From contig JAFGCN010000007.1 in NCBI GenBank assembly GCA_016932615.1, forward strand, positions 19,189 to 83,188: a stretch of 64,000 bases of DNA, in the 5' to 3' direction. The notes below the pieces were generated by a model that was not told the DNA's origin, did not search any database, and saw nothing but the letters and a program-made list of their open reading frames with translations. Position numbers and translations under genes: made by a program. Below, piece by piece: positions 8,961-19,261 of the stretch (position 1 is its first letter; each line of letters opens with the position of its first letter). The DNA comes from Candidatus Aenigmatarchaeota archaeon. Its GTDB lineage: Archaea; Aenigmatarchaeota; Aenigmatarchaeia; QMZS01.

Positions 8961-10352
8961 CTAAAACATATCGGGGTGCTCCGTGTGGATTGGAATCAGA
9001 TTTTCCGCATTTATTTCCCCGATTAATGCCCTTATTTCATCGCCTGATGCATGCCCTGAAGCGTGGGCAAATGCTTCTCTTATTGAGAAGTGCTCAAGCC
9101 AGTTTTTCTTTCTCTCCTCATCAAGCTCCATCTCCTCACAAAACGGCTCGCAGGAAGACTTTATCCATAGCGCGCCTTTTGGCTTGATGTCAACAAGCTG
9201 GCCTATCTCCCACATGTTCATGGAGACTGCAAACTTTTCCGGGCTTTTCTGGAGTTCCCTGTAGGTTATCGAGTTTTTAAGGCCAATGAATTGCCTCTCC
9301 CATTCGCTATAATCCTGGGCAACCTGTTCGCAGCCATATCCCTCCCTGCAGATAAGCCCCCAGCTTTTTGGGGGAATAAGAATTTTCACTTCATCAAGGG
9401 AAAATGGAGCTAAATTCCCCAGGCAGCTTATCAGGTAGGCAAGCTTCAGGTTTACTACAAACTCCCGCTTGTTCTGCTTTGCCGACTGGAAAATCGAATT
9501 AACCCTGTCAGTGTCCCTTATTGGGTGCTCTATGAAAACCATTCCCTTCGAGCCCGATATTTCTTCAGAAATCCTGCTTCTTACCTCACTTTCTGAGGTT
9601 GTGTCCTCTGAGTCAATCCTTGTGCCTTCGCATAAAAGCCACCTTGGCTTTGCTTCCTTTGCTTTTCTTACAAAATCCATGGTAAGGGCCCCATTCGAGC
9701 CGTGAAACCTGATATCTCCTGTGTAAACCAGGTTTCCCTCATCCGAGCGGACAATATATGCGCAGGCGCCCGGTAAGGAATGGTCAACAGGCACCATTTC
9801 CACTTCAAGGGAGCCAATCTTTACCGGGCTGTTTTCGCCCATTATGTTAAAAACTCTCTCCTTTACAAAATCCTGATTTCTCCTTGTAACTCTTGACAAT
9901 CCGCCTTTGGTATTCCTGTAAAAAGTAAACGCCTCGCAGGCAGTGGTGTAGTCAGAGAAAGATCCTATTCCTGTGTTTTCCATCGCCTCAAGGATAATTT
10001 TTGTGGGCTTTGTCGAGTAAATTAAAATGTCAGGGCGCAGGAAATGCAGGTACTGCGTGTGGTCAGTGTGCGCGTGAGTGAGAAAGACAGCGTCTATTGC
10101 CTTGTCTTCTTTAGGCAGGCCCATGTGGCGGATATAGTCCTCCCTGTAAACCCCTTTGAGGTTTGGGAGAAGGCCAAGCTCGAAAAAGTCCTTGAGGGCG
10201 GCGCATTTTCTTGGCTGGAGGAACTCGCAATAGAATTTTCCGGCCTGGGCAAAGCTCATGCCAAAGTCAAGGAAAATCCTTGTCCCCTTGTGCTCGACCA
10301 GAATCTTGTTTCCGCCAATTTCATTTTTCCCGCCTAAAACCGAGATTTCCAT
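8961..10352 (-). CDS. beta-CASP metallo-beta-lactamase ribonuclease (archaeal RNase J-like)
   Basis: 463 aa; GGKNEIGGNK near N-terminus (RNase J-like), FLTHAHTDHTQYL MBL motif; convergent with fttA. Confidence 0.6.
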   Translation of the reverse strand: MEISVLGGKNEIGGNKILVEHKGTRIFLDFGMSFAQAGKFYCEFLQPRKCAALKDFFELGLLPNLKGVYREDYIRHMGLPKEDKAIDAVFLTHAHTDHTQYLHFLRPDILIYSTKPTKIILEAMENTGIGSFSDYTTACEAFTFYRNTKGGLSRVTRRNQDFVKERVFNIMGENSPVKIGSLEVEMVPVDHSLPGACAYIVRSDEGNLVYTGDIRFHGSNGALTMDFVRKAKEAKPRWLLCEGTRIDSEDTTSESEVRSRISEEISGSKGMVFIEHPIRDTDRVNSIFQSAKQNKREFVVNLKLAYLISCLGNLAPFSLDEVKILIPPKSWGLICREGYGCEQVAQDYSEWERQFIGLKNSITYRELQKSPEKFAVSMNMWEIGQLVDIKPKGALWIKSSCEPFCEEMELDEERKKNWLEHFSIREAFAHASGHASGDEIRALIGEINAENLIPIHTEHPDMF

Positions 10353-10522
10353 AATTAGGTCTGTGGCTGCTTAAATCATAAGTTGATTAGTCACAAGGGC
10401 GGGGCTTTCCGAGCATAGTCCCGCTCCGCCGCCTTTTAAAGCATAATCCATCTGGACTGCCATGGTACCCGCTACTCACTGCATATGAAAAGTTGATTTT
10501 AGAATTTCTGAGCAGGGCATAA

Positions 10523-10855
10523 TTAGCCCTTTCTGGCGGAACTGCTCACCAAAAAGCCCTTTTTCGAAACAAGCTTTTCAGCTTTTTTGTTTGACTTTAT
10601 GATTGTAATAATCCTGATTTGTTCCGGGCCTGCTGCGGCAACGATTATGAGATGATATTTTCCGGACATCCTGTATATGAGCTTATATGCCCCGCTTTCT
10701 TCCTGATACTGGGCGTATAGAAACTCCCTGTTGATTAGGTAATCTGCAACCTCCTCTTTTGAAACCGGCCTTTGGGACTGGCGCTTCAGGAAATGCGCCG
10801 TAAAATGCAGGTCTTCAGGTAAAATATCCCTTTTGATGACCTCCCGGAAATACAT
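10523..10855 (-). CDS. DUF4258-like small protein (putative toxin-like)
   Basis: 110 aa; FTAHFLKRQSQRPVSKEEV...YKLIY...KYHLIIV pattern resembles DUF4258. Confidence 0.4.
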   Translation of the reverse strand: MYFREVIKRDILPEDLHFTAHFLKRQSQRPVSKEEVADYLINREFLYAQYQEESGAYKLIYRMSGKYHLIIVAAAGPEQIRIITIIKSNKKAEKLVSKKGFLVSSSARKG

Positions 10856-10878
10856 AAATATACGCCGCTAAATAGATT

Positions 10879-11187
10879 ATGGTTGATTTTGGGTATAGCA
10901 TCGAGGGCGACGTCCTTGAAGTCTTCAGGGAGGGCGAAAAAGTGGATTACAGTGTGGAGCTTTTCGAGGACTACTTTATCGACATCGGCTCAAACGGAAA
11001 AATCGTGGGCCTCGAGATAATTAACGCATCCTCCGCCCTTGGAGTTGACAAAAAAGACCTCCAGAAAATCAGGAAGGCGGAGCTTCACGCTTCAGACGCA
11101 AAAGGCGGGAAAAAAATCGTGTTTATCCTCAAAGTGGATAAAGCCGAGATAAAAAGCCAGATAATGTTGCCTGCCCTTACCGCCTAA
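10879..11187 (+). CDS. DUF2283 family small protein
   Basis: 102 aa; FGYSIEGDVLEV...DIGSNGKIVGLEIINAS pattern typical of DUF2283. Confidence 0.5.
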   Translation: MVDFGYSIEGDVLEVFREGEKVDYSVELFEDYFIDIGSNGKIVGLEIINASSALGVDKKDLQKIRKAELHASDAKGGKKIVFILKVDKAEIKSQIMLPALTA

Positions 11188-11208
11188 AGCCCGGATTTTT
11201 CTAAAAAA

Positions 11209-14118
11209 CTATTTCCCCAAACTCTCCTCGACAATCCTGATTTCGTCTTCGGTTAATCCGTAGAGCTTGTAGACGAGAGAGTCGATTTCTTTATCTGTGG
11301 TTTTGATTTCCTCCTCGATTTTCTTTCTCTCGTCAGTGATTTTCTCTCCCAATTCATTTAGCCGTTTGTTGAGGGAGAGCATCTTAGTCGCTAAAGACAC
11401 AAAATCATTATGGACTTTAAGATTGTCTTGGTTATTCAAGTCAATAGTAGGAAAACAGAAGGGATTTAAAAACTCAGGAGTTAATCTATAAGCATTACCT
11501 CTCAAAGCAGTACTTGTATTGGATATAAAAAACCAGAACAATTTTGAATTTAAAATAGCCAAATATAGCAAGGGGTTTTGTCCCTTTACTCTTTCGCTAA
11601 ACACTACGCTGTGGATAGCGGGGCCATGATAAAAATTTCCTTTTTCGTCGTAAGTTATCCTGTTGCTGATCAGCATATCGGGAACCATTATCTTTGGCTT
11701 ACTATATTCTGGCAAACTGCGTGCTGCCGAATACTTGTAGAAATTAGTCGCATCCGTCTCAATCTTCCTAATTCCTAACGCTTCGCTTAAACCATTCAGG
11801 TATCGATAGCCCATGGGATATTTTACTTTCATTTCTTGGGGGGTGAATAACTGCATCTTACTATTTGTCAAGTGATATGGGAACAATAATCTTTTTTTAC
11901 TTTCCAAGGTTGCATATCTACGCACATCTTCTCCATAAACAAAAGGTTTAAGCAAAGATTTTTCAATCTCTACATTTCTATTGAGTTGCTTTGAAAAAAC
12001 AGTCGAGGTATCTTTATTTTCTTTCACAAGGTCAAACAGAAATATGTCATCATTGCCTGTTGAAGAACCCTTGAATATCTTTTCGGTAATATCCAAAAAT
12101 GAATTTTTATGAGATTTTATTTTAGATATTATCTTTTGAGTATCATCACTGCCAAAATTCCATTTGTTTTCTTTCAACAACTCAACGCTCTTTCTTTCAA
12201 ATTCGATATTCTTCAAGTCAGTAAAGTCTTCCCCTAAAGAAAATTTCTTGTATAAAAAAGTATCATTTTTCTTCTTTGATAGGAATAGTAGGCATGTATA
12301 AGTGGCTGCATCTTCGAAAACTTGATTTGTAGTAAAATCTACAATTTTATGAAGAGACTTTGTCTCATAAATATATTTCCGGATATTTTCTCCCATTTCT
12401 CCTTGAAAGAATTTATGGGGTAAAATTAGCCCGACTAACCCCTCTTCCTTTACTAAACTGAGTGCCTTTTCAATAAACAGAATGTAGATGTCATAATTCT
12501 TCGTGGGAGATTTGTAGTTGTTATTGAAGTAATCAACATCTTTCTTGTCAAGAGTCTGGATTCTGATATATGGCGGGTTCCCAATCACAACGTCAAACCC
12601 GCCTTCCTTCATAACATCCTTGAACTGCTCGCTCCACTTGAACGCCTTGTCGCCTGCAACTTTCTCGTCGTCTATAAGGGAGTTTCCGTTCCTTATGTTT
12701 TTCTGCAAAGTGGGAAGGCGCTTTCCCTTCTCGGTGATTTTGAGAAGCAGGTTTAACTGGGCGATTTCAACGGCCTGCTTGTCAAGGTCCACCCCGAAAA
12801 TATTGTTTTCAAGGATTTTGACTTTCCGGGAATAGGTCGCCTCAAGCCCGTCTGACAGGTCAAGCTTCGACTGGGCTTTTGCGGCCTGTCTTTTGGAATA
12901 GCAGCCATGCAAAACGTCATACGCCTTAATCAGAAATGATCCGGAGCCGCAGGCCGGGTCAAGAACCCTTATTTTCTCTATATCAACGTTCTTGTCTTTA
13001 AGGAGTTCGCCCAGGGTATTTTTGACAATGTAATCAACAATGTAAGTCGGGGTGTAATAAATTCCCTGCTCCTTGCGTTTCGCCTTGCTCTCGGTTAAGT
13101 TAGCCCTTTTGGCGGTTTTCTTCAGGATGTGGCCAAGATACTGCTCGTAGATATTCCCCAAAATATCCGCCTCGATTGCGGCAAAGTCGTAGGAAACAGA
13201 GCGGTCTTTCGTGGAGTAAAGCCCCTCGATAACCTCCTTCCAGGCATCGTCATCGATTTCAAGCTGGTCGCAGAGGTGCCCCTCAAAAAACCTGCTGTCA
13301 TACTGGGCGTTATAATACCCAAACAGCTCCTTGACGCTCCGGTCAAGGCCTCCCCTGCCGCTGCTTTGCCATTCCCTAAGCCGGGAAATAAGTTCCTTTC
13401 CCTCAAGCCCCCTGTCTTCAGAGCTTCGGATAAATATCATCCGGTCAAGCAATCTTTGCACCGCCTCGTCAAGCTCCTCTTCGCTCACATTAAGCTTCTG
13501 GTTTTGCTTTGTGGCATTTTTCGACAAAAGCTCTCTGAAACGGGTAAAGTCAGAAAGAAGCTGCTTGTCAATCGATATTTTCTTGGTCTTCTTTCCCCAC
13601 CTCTCAGCTTCCTTGTCCAGAAGCCCTTTCTCAAAGCTTTCCTTTGAAAGCATCCACAGCCGGCCAAAATCCTCAAGGAAGCTTTCAGAGTAGAGCTCCA
13701 TGAACTGCGAATGAAGGGGGTTTACGATTTTGACCTCGGCATTTAATATCTTTATCTCCCGGAAATTCGTCAAAACTGCCCAGGTGCAGCCCTTGTGGTA
13801 AGCGTAATTCACCGCCTGCTGGATAAACTCGGGCTTGTTTATGTCCTCCTTAAAGGACTTTGCCTCAAGGAAAAACTTCGGCACGCCCTTAATGCGAAAT
13901 CCATAGTCCGGCCTTTTTTTAGCCACCTTTTCCTCACGAGTTACTTCCTCAAAATTACGAAGGTCCCAGCCCAGATACTCGAAAAGCGGCTCTATAAAGT
14001 TTGACTTCGTGTCCTGCTCCGTAAATCTGTTGACCTTTCCCTCATTTTTGGCGTCAAGGTATTTCTGAACAAGAAGCTTTACAAGGTTTTCGCTGCCGCT
14101 CTTGGTGATGCCTTCCAT
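11209..14118 (-). CDS. Type IIG restriction-modification enzyme (fused PD-ExK endonuclease / N6-adenine DNA methyltransferase / target recognition domain)
   Basis: 969 aa; N-terminal PDYGF...FLEAK (PD-ExK), methyltransferase motif I VLDPACGSGSFL and motif IV GNPPY; MmeI/Eco57I-like size. Confidence 0.7.
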   Translation of the reverse strand: MEGITKSGSENLVKLLVQKYLDAKNEGKVNRFTEQDTKSNFIEPLFEYLGWDLRNFEEVTREEKVAKKRPDYGFRIKGVPKFFLEAKSFKEDINKPEFIQQAVNYAYHKGCTWAVLTNFREIKILNAEVKIVNPLHSQFMELYSESFLEDFGRLWMLSKESFEKGLLDKEAERWGKKTKKISIDKQLLSDFTRFRELLSKNATKQNQKLNVSEEELDEAVQRLLDRMIFIRSSEDRGLEGKELISRLREWQSSGRGGLDRSVKELFGYYNAQYDSRFFEGHLCDQLEIDDDAWKEVIEGLYSTKDRSVSYDFAAIEADILGNIYEQYLGHILKKTAKRANLTESKAKRKEQGIYYTPTYIVDYIVKNTLGELLKDKNVDIEKIRVLDPACGSGSFLIKAYDVLHGCYSKRQAAKAQSKLDLSDGLEATYSRKVKILENNIFGVDLDKQAVEIAQLNLLLKITEKGKRLPTLQKNIRNGNSLIDDEKVAGDKAFKWSEQFKDVMKEGGFDVVIGNPPYIRIQTLDKKDVDYFNNNYKSPTKNYDIYILFIEKALSLVKEEGLVGLILPHKFFQGEMGENIRKYIYETKSLHKIVDFTTNQVFEDAATYTCLLFLSKKKNDTFLYKKFSLGEDFTDLKNIEFERKSVELLKENKWNFGSDDTQKIISKIKSHKNSFLDITEKIFKGSSTGNDDIFLFDLVKENKDTSTVFSKQLNRNVEIEKSLLKPFVYGEDVRRYATLESKKRLLFPYHLTNSKMQLFTPQEMKVKYPMGYRYLNGLSEALGIRKIETDATNFYKYSAARSLPEYSKPKIMVPDMLISNRITYDEKGNFYHGPAIHSVVFSERVKGQNPLLYLAILNSKLFWFFISNTSTALRGNAYRLTPEFLNPFCFPTIDLNNQDNLKVHNDFVSLATKMLSLNKRLNELGEKITDERKKIEEEIKTTDKEIDSLVYKLYGLTEDEIRIVEESLGK

Positions 14119-14195
14119 AATAGAACACCTGAACTAATATTTCCGATTGAAAGCGCAGGATATCCTGTTTCTATCTATTAAATAGGCTTTAAATT

Positions 14196-14513
14196 ATGGC
14201 AAAGGCGGCAATAAAAGAATCGGCAGAAGTCAGGAAAATGAAGTCCGTGATAGCAAGTTACAGAGAGATAATGAGGCGAAAGTACAAGGTAAAGGAAATT
14301 GGGCTTTTCGGCTCTTATGCCCGAGGGGAACAGAAAAAGACAAGCGACATAGACCTTCTTGTCAGGTTCAGGGAAAACGCGACACTCTTTGATTTTGTAA
14401 GCCTCGGCGACTTTCTTGAAGAAAAGCTGAAGAAAAAAGTGGACTTGGTCTCTGTTGGAGGCGTGAGAAAGGAGCTTGAGAAAAACATCCAAGAAGAGCT
14501 TATCCGCCTATGA
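14196..14513 (+). CDS. mntA: minimal nucleotidyltransferase (MNT) antitoxin
   Basis: LFGSYARGEQKKTSDIDLLV nucleotidyltransferase motif (GS...DxD). Confidence 0.8.
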   Translation: MAKAAIKESAEVRKMKSVIASYREIMRRKYKVKEIGLFGSYARGEQKKTSDIDLLVRFRENATLFDFVSLGDFLEEKLKKKVDLVSVGGVRKELEKNIQEELIRL

Positions 14514-14857
14514 AACGTAACCCTGGATTGTTCTTGAATGATATCGTTTCCGCAATAGAGAGCATTGAAGAGTTTATCGGGGAGTTAACTCTTGAGGAGC
14601 TTATGAAAGATGATAAAACTTCAAGCGCAGTCATAAGAAAATTTGAGATAATCGGGGAAGCTTCAAAGCACGTTCCTGAAAGCATAAAATCTAGGCACAA
14701 AGAAATTCCATGGAAAGCTATGTCCGGCATGAGAGACCGGCTAATACACGCATATTTTGGGATTGATTATAATCTTGTATGGAAAGCGGTAAAGATCGAG
14801 ATACCCAAGCTAAATCCTAAACTTAAAAAGGCTCTGGCAAAGATGGAAAAAGAGTGA
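14510..14857 (+). CDS. hepT: HEPN-domain (DUF86/HepT) toxin
   Basis: 115 aa; R-x4-HAY HEPN motif (RDRLIHAYFGIDY); 4-nt overlap with MNT gene. Confidence 0.8.
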   Translation: MKRNPGLFLNDIVSAIESIEEFIGELTLEELMKDDKTSSAVIRKFEIIGEASKHVPESIKSRHKEIPWKAMSGMRDRLIHAYFGIDYNLVWKAVKIEIPKLNPKLKKALAKMEKE

Positions 14858-14910
14858 TGCGAATCTGCATGCAGCCAGAGGCGCTTTTATAGTAAATATT
14901 ATCTATATAA

Positions 14911-15525
14911 ATGGATATACTTATGGCAAAGGGCCAGGTTGGCCTCCTTGAGCGGCTTGGAGTATGTGGATTTTGCGATGAAATAAAAAACCTCACTTAT
15001 CTGAAGACTGGAATTTACCAGCCAAAGGCAAGATATATGGCCGAGCTTAGCGCATACTACCTTATTGCATTTATGACCCCTTTCTTTCTTTTCCAATCGC
15101 AGTTCATGCTGGGGACAATCGTAAACTCGATGCTTGTAACCGGAGCCCTATACACAAAGGGAAAGGAGATGCTCCCGGTAATTTTCCTTCCAAGCATCGC
15201 CACTTTGGCGCAGGGCGTGCTTTTCGGCTCGCTTACAAAATACCTGCTCTTCATGCTTCCGTTTATCTGGATAGGAAACGCGCTCCTTGTTTACGGAATA
15301 AAGTCGCTTCACATCAAGAAAAAGCAAAGCTTCGTCACCAGCGCCGCAATGGCAGCAACAGTCAAGGCAGGTTTCCTTCTGGTTGCCTCATACACACTTT
15401 TCACCATAGGGGTCATTCCAGCCGCATTCCTTACCGCTTTTGGAATGATTCAGCTGGGAACTGCTCTAGCCGCAATAATGGTAATCTGGCCGATTCACTC
15501 CTGGCGGCTCAAAAGGCAAAAGTAG
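14911..15525 (+). CDS. integral membrane protein, hypothetical
   Basis: 204 aa, ~6 predicted hydrophobic helices. Confidence 0.35.
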   Translation: MDILMAKGQVGLLERLGVCGFCDEIKNLTYLKTGIYQPKARYMAELSAYYLIAFMTPFFLFQSQFMLGTIVNSMLVTGALYTKGKEMLPVIFLPSIATLAQGVLFGSLTKYLLFMLPFIWIGNALLVYGIKSLHIKKKQSFVTSAAMAATVKAGFLLVASYTLFTIGVIPAAFLTAFGMIQLGTALAAIMVIWPIHSWRLKRQK

Positions 15526-15531
15526 ATTACG

Positions 15532-16872
15532 ATGAATAAGAAAAAAGTAATTTCAGAATTTAGTGAACTTGTTTCCATCCAGTCAGTTTCACCCGACCCA
15601 AAAAGATTTCGCGAATTGCTGGAAGCCGCAGAATTCCTGTCTGAAAAGTTAAAGTCACTAGGATTTTTCGTAAAAAAATATGGCGGCGAAAAGGCGCCGC
15701 CCCTGTTAGTTGCAAAGCTTGAAGCCAGCCAAAACCAAAAGAAGGCAAGAACAGTTGGAATTTACGGCCACTACGATGTCCAGCCAGAAGACCCTCTTGG
15801 AGAATGGAAAACCCCTCCCTTCAAGCTGTCAAAAAGCAAAGGCCGGTTTTGGGGGAGGGGAGTTTCAGACAACAAGGGTCCGATTATCCAGAATCTTGCG
15901 GCAGTGGAAAACCTGATTGAACGAAAAGAGCTTAACAGCAACACCATAATTGTCATTGAAGGCGAAGAGGAATCCGGAAGCGCGCATTTCGAAAAATTCC
16001 TGAAAAAAGCCCTGCCCACTGTTTCAAAAGCGGATGCCTTTTACGTGACAGATGTGGAAATGCAGCATAACTGCACGCCGCAAATTTTTTATGCCCTGAG
16101 GGGTCTTGTCTATTTTGAGCTGCAAATTAAAACCGGGAAAAAAGACCTCCACTCTGGAACTTATGGAAATGCTGTCCTCAACCCTGCGCAGGCGCTTTGC
16201 GAGATTCTCTCCCGGATGAAATGCTCTAAAACGGGCCTGATAAACATTCCGGGGTTCTACAAGGAATTAAAAAAAGTAAGCCCAAAAGAATCCCGCCTCC
16301 TCAGGAAGACCTTCCATAGAGCCAAAGAAAAAGAAGAGGCAGAGGTCTTTGAAATGTGCTACTCTGACAAAAAAGAGCCGCACCTCTCGTCAAAAGCTCG
16401 CCCCTCGATGGACATAAACGGCATCTTCTCCGGCTACACTGGAGAAGGCGCAAAGACAATAATCCCGCATTCCGCTACAGCAAAGTTCTCCTTCCGCCTT
16501 GTAGAGCGCCAAACTCCAGAACGCATGGAAAAGCTTGTAAGAAGATTCGTGGAAAAAAATGTTCCAAAAGAAGCCAGATTTAAGCTTGAATTGCTTGGCA
16601 AAGCAGCCCCATTCTACACACCACCCAATAGCCCCTTCATAAAAAGCACAGCAAGGGTTCTCAGCGAAGTTTTCGGAAAAGAAACCCTGCTTAACAGGGA
16701 CGGAGCAAGCATTCCGGCAGCGGAAATCCTGCAGCGCCTCCTCAAAAAGCCCGTAATCCTCACGGGCTTTGCAAACCCCGGGTGCAACATGCACGCCCCA
16801 AACGAGAACTTCTCAGAGATTAACTTCTGGAAGGGGATTGATGCGCTTGAGAGAATTTACTCACGGGATTAG
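15532..16872 (+). CDS. M20 family metallopeptidase / dipeptidase (ArgE/DapE/CPG2 family)
   Basis: GIYGHYDVQPEDPLGEWKTPPF ... GRGVSDNKGP motifs of M20 peptidases. Confidence 0.75.
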   Translation: MNKKKVISEFSELVSIQSVSPDPKRFRELLEAAEFLSEKLKSLGFFVKKYGGEKAPPLLVAKLEASQNQKKARTVGIYGHYDVQPEDPLGEWKTPPFKLSKSKGRFWGRGVSDNKGPIIQNLAAVENLIERKELNSNTIIVIEGEEESGSAHFEKFLKKALPTVSKADAFYVTDVEMQHNCTPQIFYALRGLVYFELQIKTGKKDLHSGTYGNAVLNPAQALCEILSRMKCSKTGLINIPGFYKELKKVSPKESRLLRKTFHRAKEKEEAEVFEMCYSDKKEPHLSSKARPSMDINGIFSGYTGEGAKTIIPHSATAKFSFRLVERQTPERMEKLVRRFVEKNVPKEARFKLELLGKAAPFYTPPNSPFIKSTARVLSEVFGKETLLNRDGASIPAAEILQRLLKKPVILTGFANPGCNMHAPNENFSEINFWKGIDALERIYSRD

Positions 16873-16875
16873 CTA

Positions 16876-17541
16876 TTATTGCTTCTGTTCCTCAGCGTCC
16901 AATATAAACTGCGCCAGGTCCACTGCCGATTGTACTGCCTCCGGCAATTTCTCTTCAGGCAAAGGATTGTAAATCCCTTCTGGAACCTTATAATTTGAAT
17001 CTTCGAGCTTTTTTCGCTCTTCTTCACTAAAATCAGAAGGCCTTAGCTCAAAAAGCTCCTGAAAAGTCCTGACTTGCCCGGTAACAGGCTTGAGCTGATA
17101 AGTGCAAACCTTTTTTTCGCTGCCTTCTCCTGAATAAAATAATGGAACAACCTGCCATTTTAAATCATGAGTCTTGTTATATGCTTCAACAATTTGCTTG
17201 AGTTTTTCTATATCCCCTTCTGCAGAAACATCTACCCAGGGATACTTTCTGCCACGGTCTGAATGCCCTTCGCACGAAGCTTGCGTGGAATATCCTGACT
17301 TCCATAATGCTCCGACAAGAGGCATGATTCCCTCGTCAACCTCCATTCCAAGCCTATCCTTAACAGCATAGAGTTTGTCAGCCACTTCCTGCCCAAGAGT
17401 TCTATTAAGGTACTCATGCATTGAAACGCTATGCCGATATGCGCCATTTGAACCGCCAGAATATCCTTTTTCAAGATTCAACTGGAGGCCAGACCAATCA
17501 GGATGACTTGTTTCAGAAACAGGGCTTGCTTCTTTCGCCAT
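16876..17541 (-). CDS. hypothetical protein
   Basis: 221-aa ORF, acidic, no recognised motif. Confidence 0.3.
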   Translation of the reverse strand: MAKEASPVSETSHPDWSGLQLNLEKGYSGGSNGAYRHSVSMHEYLNRTLGQEVADKLYAVKDRLGMEVDEGIMPLVGALWKSGYSTQASCEGHSDRGRKYPWVDVSAEGDIEKLKQIVEAYNKTHDLKWQVVPLFYSGEGSEKKVCTYQLKPVTGQVRTFQELFELRPSDFSEEERKKLEDSNYKVPEGIYNPLPEEKLPEAVQSAVDLAQFILDAEEQKQ

Positions 17542-17557
17542 AACTTATAGGGAAACC

Positions 17558-19261
17558 TCAGAAATACCTTGGCTTCCTTTTGTGGTACTTGGTATGAAGA
17601 AGCTTTTCGGCTTTTTTGCTTAGCGGCTTTCCCAGGAAGTCCTTGTAAAGCGTCTGGATGTCCGGGTTGTGGCTTGAAATTCTTATGGAAAGCCCCTTAT
17701 CTTCCTTGTAAAGCGCCTCCATTCTCTTGAGCCGAATCTCATTTGTAGTGGGCCTCGGCTGACCACCGCCCCCGATGCATCCGCCAGGGCACGCCATGAC
17801 CTCGATAAAGTGATATTTCTTCCACTGCCCGCCGTCGAAAAACTTCCTGATGTTTCCTAAGGTGTGGACAATAGCAACCTTTATGCGCTCTCCGGCAATA
17901 GAAATTTCCGCTTCCCTGATTCCATCGAGCCCGCGAACAGAAGTAAAGTCCAGCTTATTCAGGGATTTTCCGGTAAGCTCCTCATAGGCAACCCTTAGCG
18001 CCGCCTCCATCACGCCGCCAGTGACTCCAAAAAGGGCGGCCCCTCCGCTTGAAGAGCCAAGCGGCGTGTCGTAATCCCCGTCAGGCAACTTTGAAAATTC
18101 TATTCCCTTGGACTTAATGACCCGACCAAGTTCCCGGGTAGTCAGAACAAGGTCAACATCCGGCGAGCCGGTTGTCCTCATTTCGGGCCTTGCCGCTTCA
18201 AGCTTCTTTGCAACGCACGGCATTATCGACGCCACGAAGATACCTTTAGCATCTTTTCCAAGAAGCTTTGCGTAGTAATTTTTGGCTACTGCCCCGAACA
18301 TCTGCTGTGGCGACTTGCATGATGAGATATGCTTAAACAGATGCGGGTAATTCTGCTCGGCAAAAACAATCCAGGAAGGGCAGCAGGAAGTAATAAGCGG
18401 CAGGTTTTTCTTCTTTTTGTACCTCTCCAGAAATTCATTTGCTTCCTCCATTATAGTAAGGTCTGCCGCAAAGTTCGTGTCAAACACCTTGTCAAAGCCA
18501 ATTTTTTTAAGGGCGGAGACCATCTTTCCCTTTACCAAAGTGCCTGGAGCCATGCCAAACATCTCGCCTAGCGACGCCCTGACCGCAGGCGCGGTCTGCA
18601 CTACATAAAACTTTTTCTTGTGCGAGATATCCAGTGCCATCTCATCTATCGTTCTTACAAGCTTTTCGCTCAGCGCCCTTTCCCGGAGAGCGGTTGTCGG
18701 GCAGTAGAGCGCGCATTGGCCGCAGAAAGTGCATGGCGATTCGAGCATCGGCGTATTGTAAGGGGTGGTTATGGATGAGCAGACGCTCCGGTTCACAACA
18801 TCAATGTTCTCTATTCCCTGAATCCTGGAGCAGACCTGGGCGCACCTTCCGCAAAGGACGCAAAGCCGGCCTTCCCGCTCCAGAGGAACCGCCCTCTTGC
18901 AGGAAGAAATGCTTGAAGAGCCAAACATTGTCTTTTCTATTCCAAGCTCCCGAAAGACCTTGGTAATCTCCACGTCATTGTCGCTATGCGCATTTCCGTG
19001 CAAAAGCTCCGCATTCAGCTTTCTTGCATCAGTCACCCGCTTCGTATGGGTCAGAACTTCCATCCCTTCCCTTACCGGAGTATTGCAAGACGTTACAAGC
19101 TTTCCGTCTGCTTCAACGATGCATATCCTGCACCGCCCTTCCGGCTTGAGGTCGGGATGGTAGCAAAGTGTAGGTATGCTTATGCCGATTCTTTTGGCAA
19201 CCTCGAGAATTGTCTCTCCATCTTTTGCAAACACCCTTTTTCCATCGATTTTTACCTGCAT
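17558..19261 (-). CDS. hydA: [FeFe]-hydrogenase catalytic subunit HydA
   Basis: N-terminal 2Fe-2S ferredoxin fold, two 4Fe-4S motifs (CVLCGRCAQVC, CTFCGQCALYCP), H-cluster motifs L1 TSCCPSW, L2 MPCVAKKLE, L3 EVMACPGGCIGGGGQP. Confidence 0.8.
   Translation of the reverse strand: MQVKIDGKRVFAKDGETILEVAKRIGISIPTLCYHPDLKPEGRCRICIVEADGKLVTSCNTPVREGMEVLTHTKRVTDARKLNAELLHGNAHSDNDVEITKVFRELGIEKTMFGSSSISSCKRAVPLEREGRLCVLCGRCAQVCSRIQGIENIDVVNRSVCSSITTPYNTPMLESPCTFCGQCALYCPTTALRERALSEKLVRTIDEMALDISHKKKFYVVQTAPAVRASLGEMFGMAPGTLVKGKMVSALKKIGFDKVFDTNFAADLTIMEEANEFLERYKKKKNLPLITSCCPSWIVFAEQNYPHLFKHISSCKSPQQMFGAVAKNYYAKLLGKDAKGIFVASIMPCVAKKLEAARPEMRTTGSPDVDLVLTTRELGRVIKSKGIEFSKLPDGDYDTPLGSSSGGAALFGVTGGVMEAALRVAYEELTGKSLNKLDFTSVRGLDGIREAEISIAGERIKVAIVHTLGNIRKFFDGGQWKKYHFIEVMACPGGCIGGGGQPRPTTNEIRLKRMEALYKEDKGLSIRISSHNPDIQTLYKDFLGKPLSKKAEKLLHTKYHKRKPRYF

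Noticed and set aside
10353-10522. Imperfect hairpin GCGGGGC-12 nt-GTCCCGC followed by CCGCCTTTT; considered as tRNA, ncRNA or terminator
   Set aside because: No cloverleaf can be built; not followed by a T-tract on the strand where a gene ends; too short for SRP or RNase P RNA.
11297-14004. Several 60-170-aa ORFs on the plus strand inside the Type IIG RM gene
   Set aside because: Antisense to a 969-aa ORF with clear methyltransferase and nuclease motifs.
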